A DNA stretch of 64,000 nucleotides from Laetmonice hystrix (Eukaryota), in the NCBI GenBank assembly GCA_965235115.1, contig OZ249436.1, positions 10,602,001-10,666,000 of the forward strand, given 5' to 3'. Within the stretch, counting starts at the first letter, position 1. The number at the start of each line of letters is the position of its first letter. Below are positions 14,201 through 26,200 of the stretch, piece by piece. The notes below the pieces were generated by a model. The model made no database searches and had not been told where the DNA came from. It saw only the letters and a program-made list of their open reading frames with translations. A program made the translations under genes and the position numbers.

Positions 14201-17200
14201 GGGTGGCACAGATATAGATCGCACTGAACAACAGAACTCCGTGCACCTGCCACCGTTCATGAACTAATCGGTCACAACAGTCTGGTTCACTCAACCTGAC
14301 CAATATTTTGCGTCTGAAGAACTGTGACATTCCGCCGCCTCTACCCAACCACCCGCGTGACGTCAAGGGGGAGTGTCACTTCCCGGCCAATCACGCTGTC
14401 GCTAGTCGGTGAACCGACTCACTGATAAACTCGGCCTGAGGGAAAACACAGACACGAGGCCAATTGTTGTGCTCAGATCAGTGTCAACAAGTATTTTAGA
14501 TACCACCATCCCCCAACCACCCGCCACCTACCCTCAGACATATAGGTCTAGTTCGATCTACAAAATGTAGGCCTATGTAATGTAAGCCCTAGAAAGGGGC
14601 CGTCAGGAGAGGATCCAGAACTTTAGAGATCGGGTAGGGGGGAATCTGGCAAGGTGGTCAACATGGTCAACTTTAAAAGATCAAAACCCGTGGGTGGATA
14701 CAAAATGAATGCATGACTGGATCTAAACCCGTGGATGGATACAAAATGAATGCATGCGGGTTGTTTACATTTCAACTTATTTGTCCACGCCACACCCCTA
14801 CATCTCCCCCCCCCTCTCTCTCTCTTCACCCCTTCTCTCTCAAAAATGACAATAAATCCCGTTTACCACAATCGTCCAAAATTGTACTGAAATCCCGTAG
14901 TCCGATGATTGGTACCATGTCAGACAGTGCGGCCATTGATCAATCAATGATAAGTACCACGTCCAATGTCCGACCGACCTACAGAGAACGTATGCTAGCT
15001 GCCCTCCCTCCGAGAAATAGTCCGGCCCGTCACGTGGTTACGGTAACGTCCCATTCACACACACCCATACGCACATCTATAAATATGTGGCCCACGTGGA
15101 ACCTCTCACAAACACTGGATGTCAAGTAAAGTCACTAACCAAACGTTGCGCCATTTATTCACTTATTCCAACAGTGTGTTGAAAAAAGGCGTCGTCACCC
15201 ATGTGAAGCCTGACTTTGATTTCATATCCATCGGACTGAACATTATAAGCCTGGAACAACTTTACCACTTGGAGGTTCTGCTTAAGTGTCTCTCGGTCGT
15301 GCCGCCTGAAGTGCGTTTTACTACAGATTTACTACAATTTGTACGCTGCCTACTCAGTCTTGTCAATGGACTGCCAGTCAGTGGCGTACCCGTCACGTAT
15401 GTATTACGTTCACCAGCTCCAGACTCTGGTCGCTATCGTGGTTGGCATCTGCGCCGTATCGACAGAAGGTAGGCCCTGTAAAACATTCTGTTGCACATTG
15501 TAGCCGTGGCCACCTTTTTCATATATTGCTATAATACAACATAGGCTTATTGTGAGTAATACTCCGTGTGTATGGTTATACTTATAAATTATGGGGAATA
15601 TGTCACTAAGTTGATATGCCCTATATGTATCGAAGTAATGTATAGGCCGTATGTGTATTAAGATGGTCAAGGTGGCAAAGCTAACATATTTTTGGTATAA
15701 GCCATCAACGATTTTTCTCGCCAACAACTGAGAGTTCAGAGCGCTGCAATGTGTGATGGACATACAATAGCCAAATGTCAGTGTACGGCCGGGAGTGACA
15801 ACGTCCAAGCAATATTTTAGCCTGTGCGTGTACGCTGTCCAGAATTTGGGCAAAATGCCAGCAGACGGATACGGTTTCGTTTTGCGACGGCCCACATTAT
15901 AGGTCTACAGTTCGGCAATTGTCCTGATATGGTTCACTGGTTTGTTGTTGCGTCTTTTGCTCATCGAGACAGTTCGTAGCGCCACCTGTAGGCAGGTGTT
16001 TACCCTGGACGTAACCGTTGACCGGTGTCAGGGTGATGTCGGTGATGGCACATGATCATTGAGACGTATCTAGAGTGAGTAATTGCCGGTCATGTCAGGC
16101 CGACCGTTCCGAGGTAATGACTCGTTTGTGAGATCACCACCTCCCACTCCGGCCGGACCACACAAACCAACACCAACGAATCACGACGGTGTTCCGCTCA
16201 CCTGCGCTCTGACCCGATGCTTGCATCGGATCATCGACACGCCCTCTATTCAAACGAAACGGCCCAAATGTCCACCCGGGAGAAATGTCGAAGACTGCGT
16301 TTTGTTAGTGGATCCGCACAATAAAACACAGGCTGTAAATCAGTTACCTTTAAGTGCCCGTCGTATTATGCCGGGAAGCCCATGGCGAAGGGAAGCGATG
16401 TCATATTTTCTATAAACCACTTATTGGTGCGTGCTGTCGGTCGCGGGTCACTCAGTGCAGAGCATCACAACACGTAGCCATGTGGTGTGGTTGATACGGA
16501 AGNNNNNNNNNNNNNNNNNNNNNNNNNNNNNNNNNNNNNNNNNNNNNNNNNNNNNNNNNNNNNNNNNNNNNNNNNNNNNNNNNNNNNNNNNNNNNNNNNN
16601 NNNNNNNNNNNNNNNNNNNNNNNNNNNNNNNNNNNNNNNNNNNNNNNNNNNNNNNNNNNNNNNNNNNNNNNNNNNNNNNNNNNNNNNNNNNNNNNNNNNN
16701 AACGCGAAGAAAATTTTCATTCTGTTTCTGCAGATCGCGCGAGAAGAGAAATCGCGAGAAATCGCGAGAAATCGCGAGAGTTGGCCGTATGGGCGCCGCC
16801 ATCTTTGTTAGGGTCGCCCGAACGAGTGGCCAGGGTCTGTCAGCGGCCGTGAACGAGGAGGCCGCCCCGCTGGGTCTGTTGGCGGGCCTCGCTGGAACGG
16901 CCGCCCGGTGCCCGAGGGCAAGCCACGCCGGGCGTGCGTAGTCTGTTCCTGTCTGACTCTGATCTATATAGAGTGCAAAACTGCGTTGATAAGGCAGGCC
17001 TAAATATGATCAGATATCTCTTTCAGATGCATATACTATAGGCCCCTAGATGATGATATCTGGATTCAGTTCTTATTGTATGGTAGGCCTAATAGATCTA
17101 TTCTAGGCCTACATTTCATTTCTGCTTGCACATCTATAGCTGCGTTAGACGCCCGGGACCGCGGGGCACATGTGCCTCGATAGGCCTAACTGACGGTCGC

Positions 17201-20200
17201 TGTCAGAGATATAGGGGCCTAGGCCTAGGCCTATGTGCGACATTAGGCCTAGCGTAATTTTAAAATCCAATGGCAATGCTTCTTGGGCACAGACCAGTTC
17301 ATGTTCAGGTTCACTATTTTCGGGTCGTATTGACCAATTTTATTGATATAGATCCAGTGGCGGATCCAGGAGGGTGCAGAGGGGGCGCACCTTCCATCTC
17401 GCCCGAAGTGCCCTTTTCTCTCCTCCCGTGCCCTTTTTTATTTTTACGAAAGATTTTTAAAATTTAAATTTCCAATGGTCTTGGCCTAATTAATTTTTTT
17501 TTCTGGGGGAGGGCCCCCCCCCCCATTCATGGCTTCGCGCTTTCGGCGCTCGCATCATGGGGGACACCCCCTTTACCAAATTCCTGGATCCGCCCTTGAC
17601 TGCCCCCAAATTTCTAACTAGGCCTAGGCCTACGGCCCCTAGCTGTTAGATCTATGTGCATAGGCTATATGCCACTTTTATTTGACTGTTTAGGCTACTC
17701 ACTGGGGGGGGGGGGCGGTTTGAGAAATTGCCCTTTTTCCATAGCACCCCCCCCCCCCCGGTCTTGAAAATCCTGGATCCGCCCCTCTGTACTGTAGATC
17801 TAGTGAGTAGGCCTAGGCTATAGAGTCTAGATCTAGGCCTAGGGCCTATTTTTCACAAGCTATTAGGCCTAGTAGGCGGATTTAGGGGGGCACAGGGGTC
17901 CCCCGAAATTTTCAAAGGCAGGGTTTTGGTCCTCCTATAGGCCTACTGAGGCCTTCTGAGTGAGGGAAACAAAATAGTCTACAGCCTACAGGGGCGGATC
18001 CAGGATTTTTTTTTTTTTTGGGGGGGGGGGGGGGGGCACAGGTGTTGGCGGACGAATGGACCCATCGCTACCTGACATGATGCCGGGCAAGGGTCACTCA
18101 GTGGGGGGCGGGGGGGGGGCAAACCCCTGCTTTTGAAAAATTTCACAGGCCCCCTGTGCCCCCCCCCCCTAAATCCGCCACTGGCTACCATTAGGTCAAG
18201 TCGGAGAATACACGAGTTTAAAAATAACACTTCGTCACAATCTAAGCCTCGTTTTGAAGTTGCGAGTAAACAAGCCATGCAGCGGCGTCCACGAAGCCAC
18301 TATTCCACAACCGGGAAGTAAAGTTGCGACAGATTTTTCTGGCTGTGATCTTACAGATACACATGGAGGGTAGTCCGACATGTGCAGGCCTAACACATTG
18401 TGTGAAGCGCTGTGCATGTCGGACTACAGGCTGTCGATGTGGCCGTGAAGCAAGCGCAGCCGGGCTGCGGCCGGCAGTGTGCAGACTGTCAAGTCAGTGT
18501 GTCAGCGGGCCGTACCCGGCTTGACTCATCCTCCCCCTCCACTCGAACGCCTAAAATGTCAATCAACATCCGACTGTCCCCTAATTTGTATCCCGCATGT
18601 GTGGAAAACCATGTACGGACCCCCGTCTTCCCCCAGCGGTAGACCGGCCGCCCGGCATGCGCTCTGTCGAACCAAAGATCTATGAATGGTCGAACTATAA
18701 TCAACTGGTGTACTAAATGCAATATGGCGGCGCCCATGCCACCAACTCTCGCGATTTCTCGCCTCTTCTCGTCTCGCGAGNNNNNNNNNNNNNNNNNNNN
18801 NNNNNNNNNNNNNNNNNNNNNNNNNNNNNNNNNNNNNNNNNNNNNNNNNNNNNNNNNNNNNNNNNNNNNNNNNNNNNNNNNNNNNNNNNNNNNNNNNNNN
18901 NNNNNNNNNNNNNNNNNNNNNNNNNNNNNNNNNNNNNNNNNNNNNCGTAGGTTGACTTGGCAGCAGACGATCCAAGCTGGACAAGCTGCGGGGGGGAGGA
19001 CATTGGAAGCAGTCTAAAAGCATGCCGACACAGGGGGTGCTCAGAGATTTGCTCACGGAAACAACAGATAGAAGAAAGCAAAAAAAGAAATAGAAAGGGG
19101 GTTTCCTTTCTTATCGATTGTTTGGCTAGGACATGGCCCATCTCGAAGATTCCCAATATAGGCCTAACCGTGTTTTGTAGCAATGAAAACACTCTTTTCC
19201 GTAGTGTCCTATAGGCTAAATGTTTTTTTTAAAGTTCCACAATGCAGCACTTATTTGTTTCTGATGCCTATCTTTTTCAGCGGGACTATGCTGGATGGTG
19301 ATGGGGTCGAGCGGCCTTTGCCGTGACTTGCTGGACATAGGCGTTACCCGCGAGCAGTGCTGCAGGGGCGGTGACGTGGACCGATCGTGGAGTCCACAAA
19401 CTAACCTTTCGGGGGGAATACTCTTCTACTGGCAAGCGTTTGGTGGTGGCGCACCGCAGTGTCAGCGGTGTCGAGGTGAGTGACACGCCTTCAGGCTCTT
19501 TATGACAAAAAAAGTGAACCACAAACACATTATTTTCTCTGGTTTCCAGCAGGGGCTGACGTGGGGCACTGAATGTGGATACCTGAATTATTGGGGTGGG
19601 GGGTTGGGGAGGGGGGCGTTTTCAGCTCAGTTGAAGCATACGATGCTCGGGAGGGAAAAATAAATTTTGCTCTGGGTATAGTTGACACCTCTCTAATAAG
19701 ACTGTTAACTCTCATTTGTCGTTCACCATTTTCCCTACCTTTTGCCCTTTAAATGTTGTATTTAGATACTGGTGGTAGACATTCATAGTTTTATATGTCA
19801 CGAAGTGGTTGGCCCTGGTGTTCTATGTCTCACATCTTCGTCACCCGTCTTAAACCTTATCCCATCGTCCTTCAGACAACACAGTTTCACAATCACCAGG
19901 TCAGTGATTGCCTATACCTTATGAAAAGACTTCTGTGCCTTATATTCCGTATTGTCCGTCGTGCCCATTTCTAGGTGAGCCATCCCTGGTGTCCTCGGAG
20001 AGGGGAGTTGATGAGGATGATGAGAATTTGGGTGTCACATACGAAGACTATGAGTCTTCGGAGCTGACAAAAAACCTGGGTTCTGGAGGTGAGCAGCTCC
20101 CCTCTCGCTATAAGTGGCTGAAGTAAGACACTGGGGAAAACGAAGAAGAAAAAAAGGAAAACATATACACAGCTTATTAAGAACCGCTTTGAAACTGTGT

Positions 20201-23200
20201 TGATGCTACTAATGCTAGGATTGATTTTGTTGAACCAATATAAGTGTTTAGTCTCCGAGGCCAGTTTGGATAGAGCCAAGCTTTTTGACATGGCTTTTTG
20301 TCCTTTACAGCATGTTTCACAGATGTGCAGTACGGATTTGCGCAGTACTATTGTAGGCCTACGTTTTGTCACTGTGATGAATGCTTCCACGTTGATCCTC
20401 GGCTTTCAAATGATTCAAGTATCACTGACAACAACGATCAAGGAAATGAGTGCCCCAGCTTTTATTGATGACCATCTCAAATTTGGTTGTAATAATCTGT
20501 TTTCAGAAATATGAAGAACTTTATGTAAAATGATGTCTATATTAGTCGCTCTTTTAAATTAATGAAGAAGAAAAATGACAGATTGTGTGTCACTGATTGG
20601 TCAAAGGCAACCCCTATCGTTTATGGGTCAAAACAAACTGCACAAGTCACGCACCTTTCAAGTATGCTGTATGTGAGTTGGTGTATTGTAGTATGCATTC
20701 GCTTCCTTCCTATTGTATTCTGCCTACCGAACAATGCTGAAATAGGTCTCCTCATGTTGTCAAAAGCATGACGTTATGTACTGGAAACATGATATGCTCT
20801 CGCATGACCTGCTTCCTCATTCCACATCTTCTGTAAAATTAATTTGGAATGTTTGAGTAACCGTGTAACTTTAGAGTGAGCACAACAGGAATGCCACCCT
20901 TTCTCTGCGGCTGTACTCGATTGGGCACGGACCAACGCTAGAATATTTCTCGAATTCCTGTTCAGAAGGCAGTAAAAGTGTTAATGTCCGAAAAAGAAAC
21001 CTTTTCTTTTCAATGAGACACAACTATGTGGACCAGTTACCATATACCAAGTGACAATTTATTCGCACTGTCTTTACGAAATTAATGTAAAATCATACAT
21101 ATCCATGGACCTTACCATTAATGACACGTATTTTCTTACTACGTTTTGCCCTTACACCAATAGAGAGGTGTCGGTAAAAGGGGTGGGGGCCATGCCCCCT
21201 AATACCTCTAGAGCCGCCCCTGTCAAGGCATAGGTTGACCAGAGATGGACGGCTCCTGGCTTCAGGCTCGGTCCCCACATCTATCAGTAACTTCCGATAC
21301 CCCTGCAATGGTTTTAAGAGCTGATCAGAAACAGGGACGTAGGTAGGGAGGGCACGATTTTTAATAGATCTCCAAAAATAATGAATATTTGATGGTATCA
21401 CAATCTATTGAACTGCAAAATACATAGATATCGTAGGCCTATATGAAACTGGTATAGGCCTATATATCTGTATTCAGTCGTTACCCTTTTTATGGACTTG
21501 TCACTTAATGTCCTAGTGCCGTGCTTCGCCCCCTACATTTCTAAGGTGTGCCTAACCAGATTCAAAAATATTGCGAATCACGCACCTTGTATGCACAAGT
21601 ATGCTGTATGCTGTAGGGGCAGACTGAACAATGCGTTTAGAGGGTCCACGACTTGTCTATGCGGGCACAATGACGTTGTAACGGCCAAAATGGGTCCTTG
21701 TAAAAACGGCACTTAATTAACCACGTTAGGTACGGCCCTGCTTTTTGTAGCACAATGCCAGCTATGACCTTTTGCGATAACCTATGTAAGGTCATTGCGA
21801 ACGAATGCGAGTATGATCTACATGTAAATTACAGTCAACTGCAGCTTTCCTGAGGCTCCCAATTTACTGAGTTAACCATTAACATTCGTGGACAACTGGC
21901 AGGCGCGCGGGGGCATTCTTGTGGGGGTTCGGGGTAGAAAATCGAGATTGAAGGTATAATTTTTAGAGGACACGGCCTGCAGACATGGCCTGGACAATAT
22001 AGAACAAAAAGAATAGTAGGCTACATCCGTGCAGTGTGCGGCTGGCCAACCGCAACGAGTGACGGCAGCTCTTCAGCATCATCCTCAGTCGTCGTATATT
22101 GAGACAGGAAGTCGTCGTTACTGACACCCAAAGTGCAGATATCAGCTGGCCTGAATATCTATATAGGCCCCTAATATGCTTCATTTCTATTCTGATAAGA
22201 AATGCTAAAGACTTTTTAGGTTCGGGTTGTTTTTATCCATCTTAAAATCAATTATTGGTTTATGACTAGGCCTCATTCTGGAACTGCAACCAATGCAATG
22301 TATAGTTTGGCGCAATGACGTATTTCTTGGTTTTTACTTTGGTTGTACAGACACTTGTGAGGGCGTCAACTGTGGGAGGGGCAAAAAGTGTCGGATGCGC
22401 CGTGGCCAGCCTCGATGTGTTTGCGCCCCCGATTGTTCCCAGCAACACTTGCGCCACCGAGGTTCTGTCTGTGGAAGTGACGGACGAACTTACCGGAATC
22501 ACTGCTCTATGCTTAAATTCAACTGTAGACACAACAAGAACATCCAACTCAACTATTACGGAAAATGCAAGCGTAAGTATATGCCTATATACATAACGGT
22601 ACGTCTGTTCTGAGAAAAAGTTTAACTTTAAGTAGACTCCACGAGGGAGAGCATAATAAGTTTAAGATAGTCCCTTCTTCCAGAACCTTAAAACAATGAT
22701 TTTTTGGATGTTTGTGTGTGTGTGTTTTTTTTTTTTGTTTTTTTTGTTTTTTTTTGGGGGGGGGGGCGCTCGGAGAATACGTTCTTATCCCCTCGCCCTG
22801 AACTGTGCCTGGATGTTTGTGGGGGGGGGGGGGGGGGGGGGTGTTGGGGTTGGGGGGGGGGGGGTGTCAAACTGATACATTATTATGTCCTGTCGGGTTA
22901 ATTGACTCACGTCTCCTTGCTATAGATGTGCACTTTTTCATAACATAATGAATGCAGATATAAAGGGGAGTAGGCCTATACTCTATCATCCACCAAATTG
23001 ACCGGATGACTGAATGTTTTTCTTATTGATTCTGGTAACACATCCTATGAATAGACAGCTGTGAAATTCCCCTGTTGGTGGGGAAATTACAAAAACTAGC
23101 TGAAGTGCCCACAAACACGATGAATGGCACCATTTGCAATCGTTTGAACGTTGTGTTATTGTGGTCTAAATCAACCCCAAAGATCGAGGACGACACTCGA

Positions 23201-26200
23201 GACAACACTCGAGACTTGATATCCTACTAGGCCTGGGTGGACTGATTTCCTCAAGAAAAATGACATTAGGCTACACGTTCAGAAGATTATCGTTCTATTG
23301 GCCCCTTAAAGTGACAAGTAGGCCTACGTCACATCATGTGTCAGTGGGTAGCAATCTTACGGCATTGATGAGTTCCAGTAAAGATTATTACTTGCCCGTT
23401 ATCAGAGTGCCAGCCTACCACCTGTACTGATCACTGATCACTACGGCTAATGTGAGCACGGTGATGTGAGCCAGGCTAGCTGTAACGACCAGCCGCGGCC
23501 GGCCGGCCAGCCAGTCTGTGCAGTGCAGCGACAGGATCCGTGAACCGAGAGGGTTAGCGGGCGCAGTGCACGGACGCTTGCTATTGGCTGACAGGACGAC
23601 GCCAGACATGTACTCAGAGGACATCCCCAGACAAACTGACCCTGCCCAGACGGACAGTCAGTTCTACAGCTGAAGGCGAAACGCAGTTCTTCTCTAATTA
23701 TAGAAGTTTCCCGCCATCACATGTCTACAGGACACGGAAAGAACCGAATACACCCGAGCCGAGCGTCACCCCTGTCACGATTATATATGCACTCTATGGA
23801 AACGTCAATGATTTGTCAACTTGACGAAGGTTACAAAGTGCGTGGACGAGTCAAGACTAGTAGGCCTTAGCTAAGTTAGAGAAGGAAGGGAGGGAGGGCT
23901 CGTACGAACCCCAAGTACAGCAGAGTAGGCCAAGGCCCCCATAGGTCTATTCTATTATTTGTGTGCGAAAAAGAAGAGAAAACTATGTGCCCCATAGAGA
24001 CATCCGTTGTTGTAGAGATCCTATGTCCCTGACACGAGCTAGCGACCTAGAACATGGTGAATATTATTGAACGAGGAATCACGGAGGGAGAATGTGGTGA
24101 AGGTTGGCACCTCCACGTGTGCCAACTACATAGCGAGGACTCCTACTTAAAAAAGAGCGAGAAAAAAAAGGACTTGCGTCACTGCCTTGATTTCGATCTG
24201 GGCCAACACCTGTGTGACACCCGACATAGAAGGTGTTTATGAACGTGCACTGGTTGTTAAGTCAGAACTATGCAATTCGTGACCTTGTAAAGCGCCTTTT
24301 TTATGCTCAACAAAATCGTGTTTCATCTCATGTTCAGTTATGCCAATGGCAATTTCCATTGGGGCCCTAATGAGGAACGTTTCATAACGAAACTGGTATA
24401 ATTATGTGGGTCGAGTCGTAAAGCAGTTGTGAATTTTGTTCAGGACAGGTTAATATAACTTAGTCTGGCTACATAAAGTTCAGTGACGTAGCCATAGGGC
24501 GTACCCGGCGTACGCCCCCCGTTTGGCTTCTCTTTTCTTTTTCTTTTTTTGCATTGTTAAAGACCTTTTTTTTGCTTGTCAGATTTTCCTTAAAAAAATT
24601 TACGCCCTCCTTTACGCCCCCCCTTTCACTAACCTAGTCTAATTCCTGGCTACGTCACTGAGGTTATGTGATATCATAACAGGCCTATCCGAACTATCTT
24701 ACATGTGTTATTAAAGGATATTGCTAATACAAAAAATATGCTGTGTAGCTATACATCCTGATACTATTCTTTTTGCGACATATTGGCCAGGATTTAAACG
24801 TGTCATGTGGTTATGTATTACCAGGTTCCTGTCTGGAGGTGCGGTGTGGCGCTGACAAGTTTTGCGTGGCCGACCAATACGGGCTGCCACACTGTGTGAC
24901 GTGCAGCATGCGCTGCCCGTCTTCGTCGACCCTCGACAGACCCGTCTGCGGCACGAACGCTATCACCTACCCGAGTCTCTGCCACTTCCGAGAGATGTCC
25001 TGTCGGCAAGGCTCCGGCGTTACGATAGCCTACCTTGGACCTTGCCGAGGTAGGAATTAAGCTTAAGCATTCAAAATGCAATATACATTAAAAAGAAAGC
25101 AAAGCCATGAATATAGTAATAGTTATGAGGTTAAAAAGCTCGTAACTAAGAAAAAGAGCACGGACCAAGGACAGCCTCCCGTTGGACTCTTTAGCATAGT
25201 TCCATTTCAATTTTTTTTTGGGGGGGGGGGGGATTAGGCACGGTAGGAAAAGATCCACACCTGTTGTTCTCCCGGAAGGTTTTCCATGAAAAATGAAAGA
25301 AAGAAAGATGAATCATAGTAACTTCCAATCCAAACTTGGAGAGGAACTTTTAGAAAGTTGTATTCTCTGTCTTGAAGATGGCGTGACCTGTGCCAACCTG
25401 ACCTGCCAGCCTCACCAACGCTGCCTTGTGGACCCTTGGACAGGGCGGCCGCAGTGCAGTAACTGTAACACAGAGAGCATGTGCCGCTACATGGAGTCAA
25501 GCACAGCAGGTCCCATCTGTGGAACGGATAGCAACACATACACGTCCTGGTGCAAAATGCTGGAAACAAGCTGTAGTCAAGGCATCGTCATCAAAACACT
25601 ACACAACGGGGCCTGCCATCGTGAGTTCGCATATTTCGAGTTCGTGGTTCGTCAACAACTACGGTGGCTGGGAAAGGACATGCAACAAATAATTTTTTCG
25701 TTTTCCCGACTTTTCACTTCCGTTTTCCCGACTTTTCACTTCTGTTGTCCTGACTTTCTTTTGCATTTGTTGAAAAAAAGTCGGGGGAAAAAAATGTCAA
25801 CAAAATACAAAAAAAGTCAGGGAAGCGGAAGTGAATAGTCAGGAAAACGAAAGTGAAAAGTTGGGAAAACGAAAAAATATTTTTTTTGCATGTCCTTTCC
25901 CAGCCACCGTAAATAACGATAAACTCAGAGGGAAAAAGTAAGATAAAATTCGTACTTTCAGCAATCGTAATTCATGACCACGGTATTGGAAAAATATTCT
26001 TGCGCAATTCAGTTCAAAAGTTAACAATTTGGTGAAGAATCCTGTTAAAAATAACACGAGGTCGCATTTAGGTCGTATTTACCAAGATATTACCTGCCGG
26101 TTTTTTTTTATTAGTTACTTCGTTGTTCTAGCATCGTCCCTTTCAAAGCGTAGCTAGGTGTTAACCTGTTTAACTTCTCCGTTGCTGAGAGACGGTTTTG

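Larger units (their letters stand above)
16701..18780. mobile_element. About 2.1-kb segment bounded by inverted repeats that run into both gaps, with nested G-rich MITEs
   Basis: GAGAAATCGCGAGAGTTGG..ATGGGCGCCGCCAT (~16765-16802) versus ATGGCGGCGCCCATG..CCAACTCTCGCGATTTCTC (~18724-18760). Confidence 0.55.

Noticed and set aside
16431-19192. Several long ORFs containing X runs
   Set aside because: Artefacts of translating through the N gaps.
22821-22863. Poly-G tracts as functional G-quadruplexes (also 32646, 39115, 41820, 49982)
   Set aside because: Most are interiors or debris of G-rich MITEs, and homopolymer length is unreliable in assemblies.
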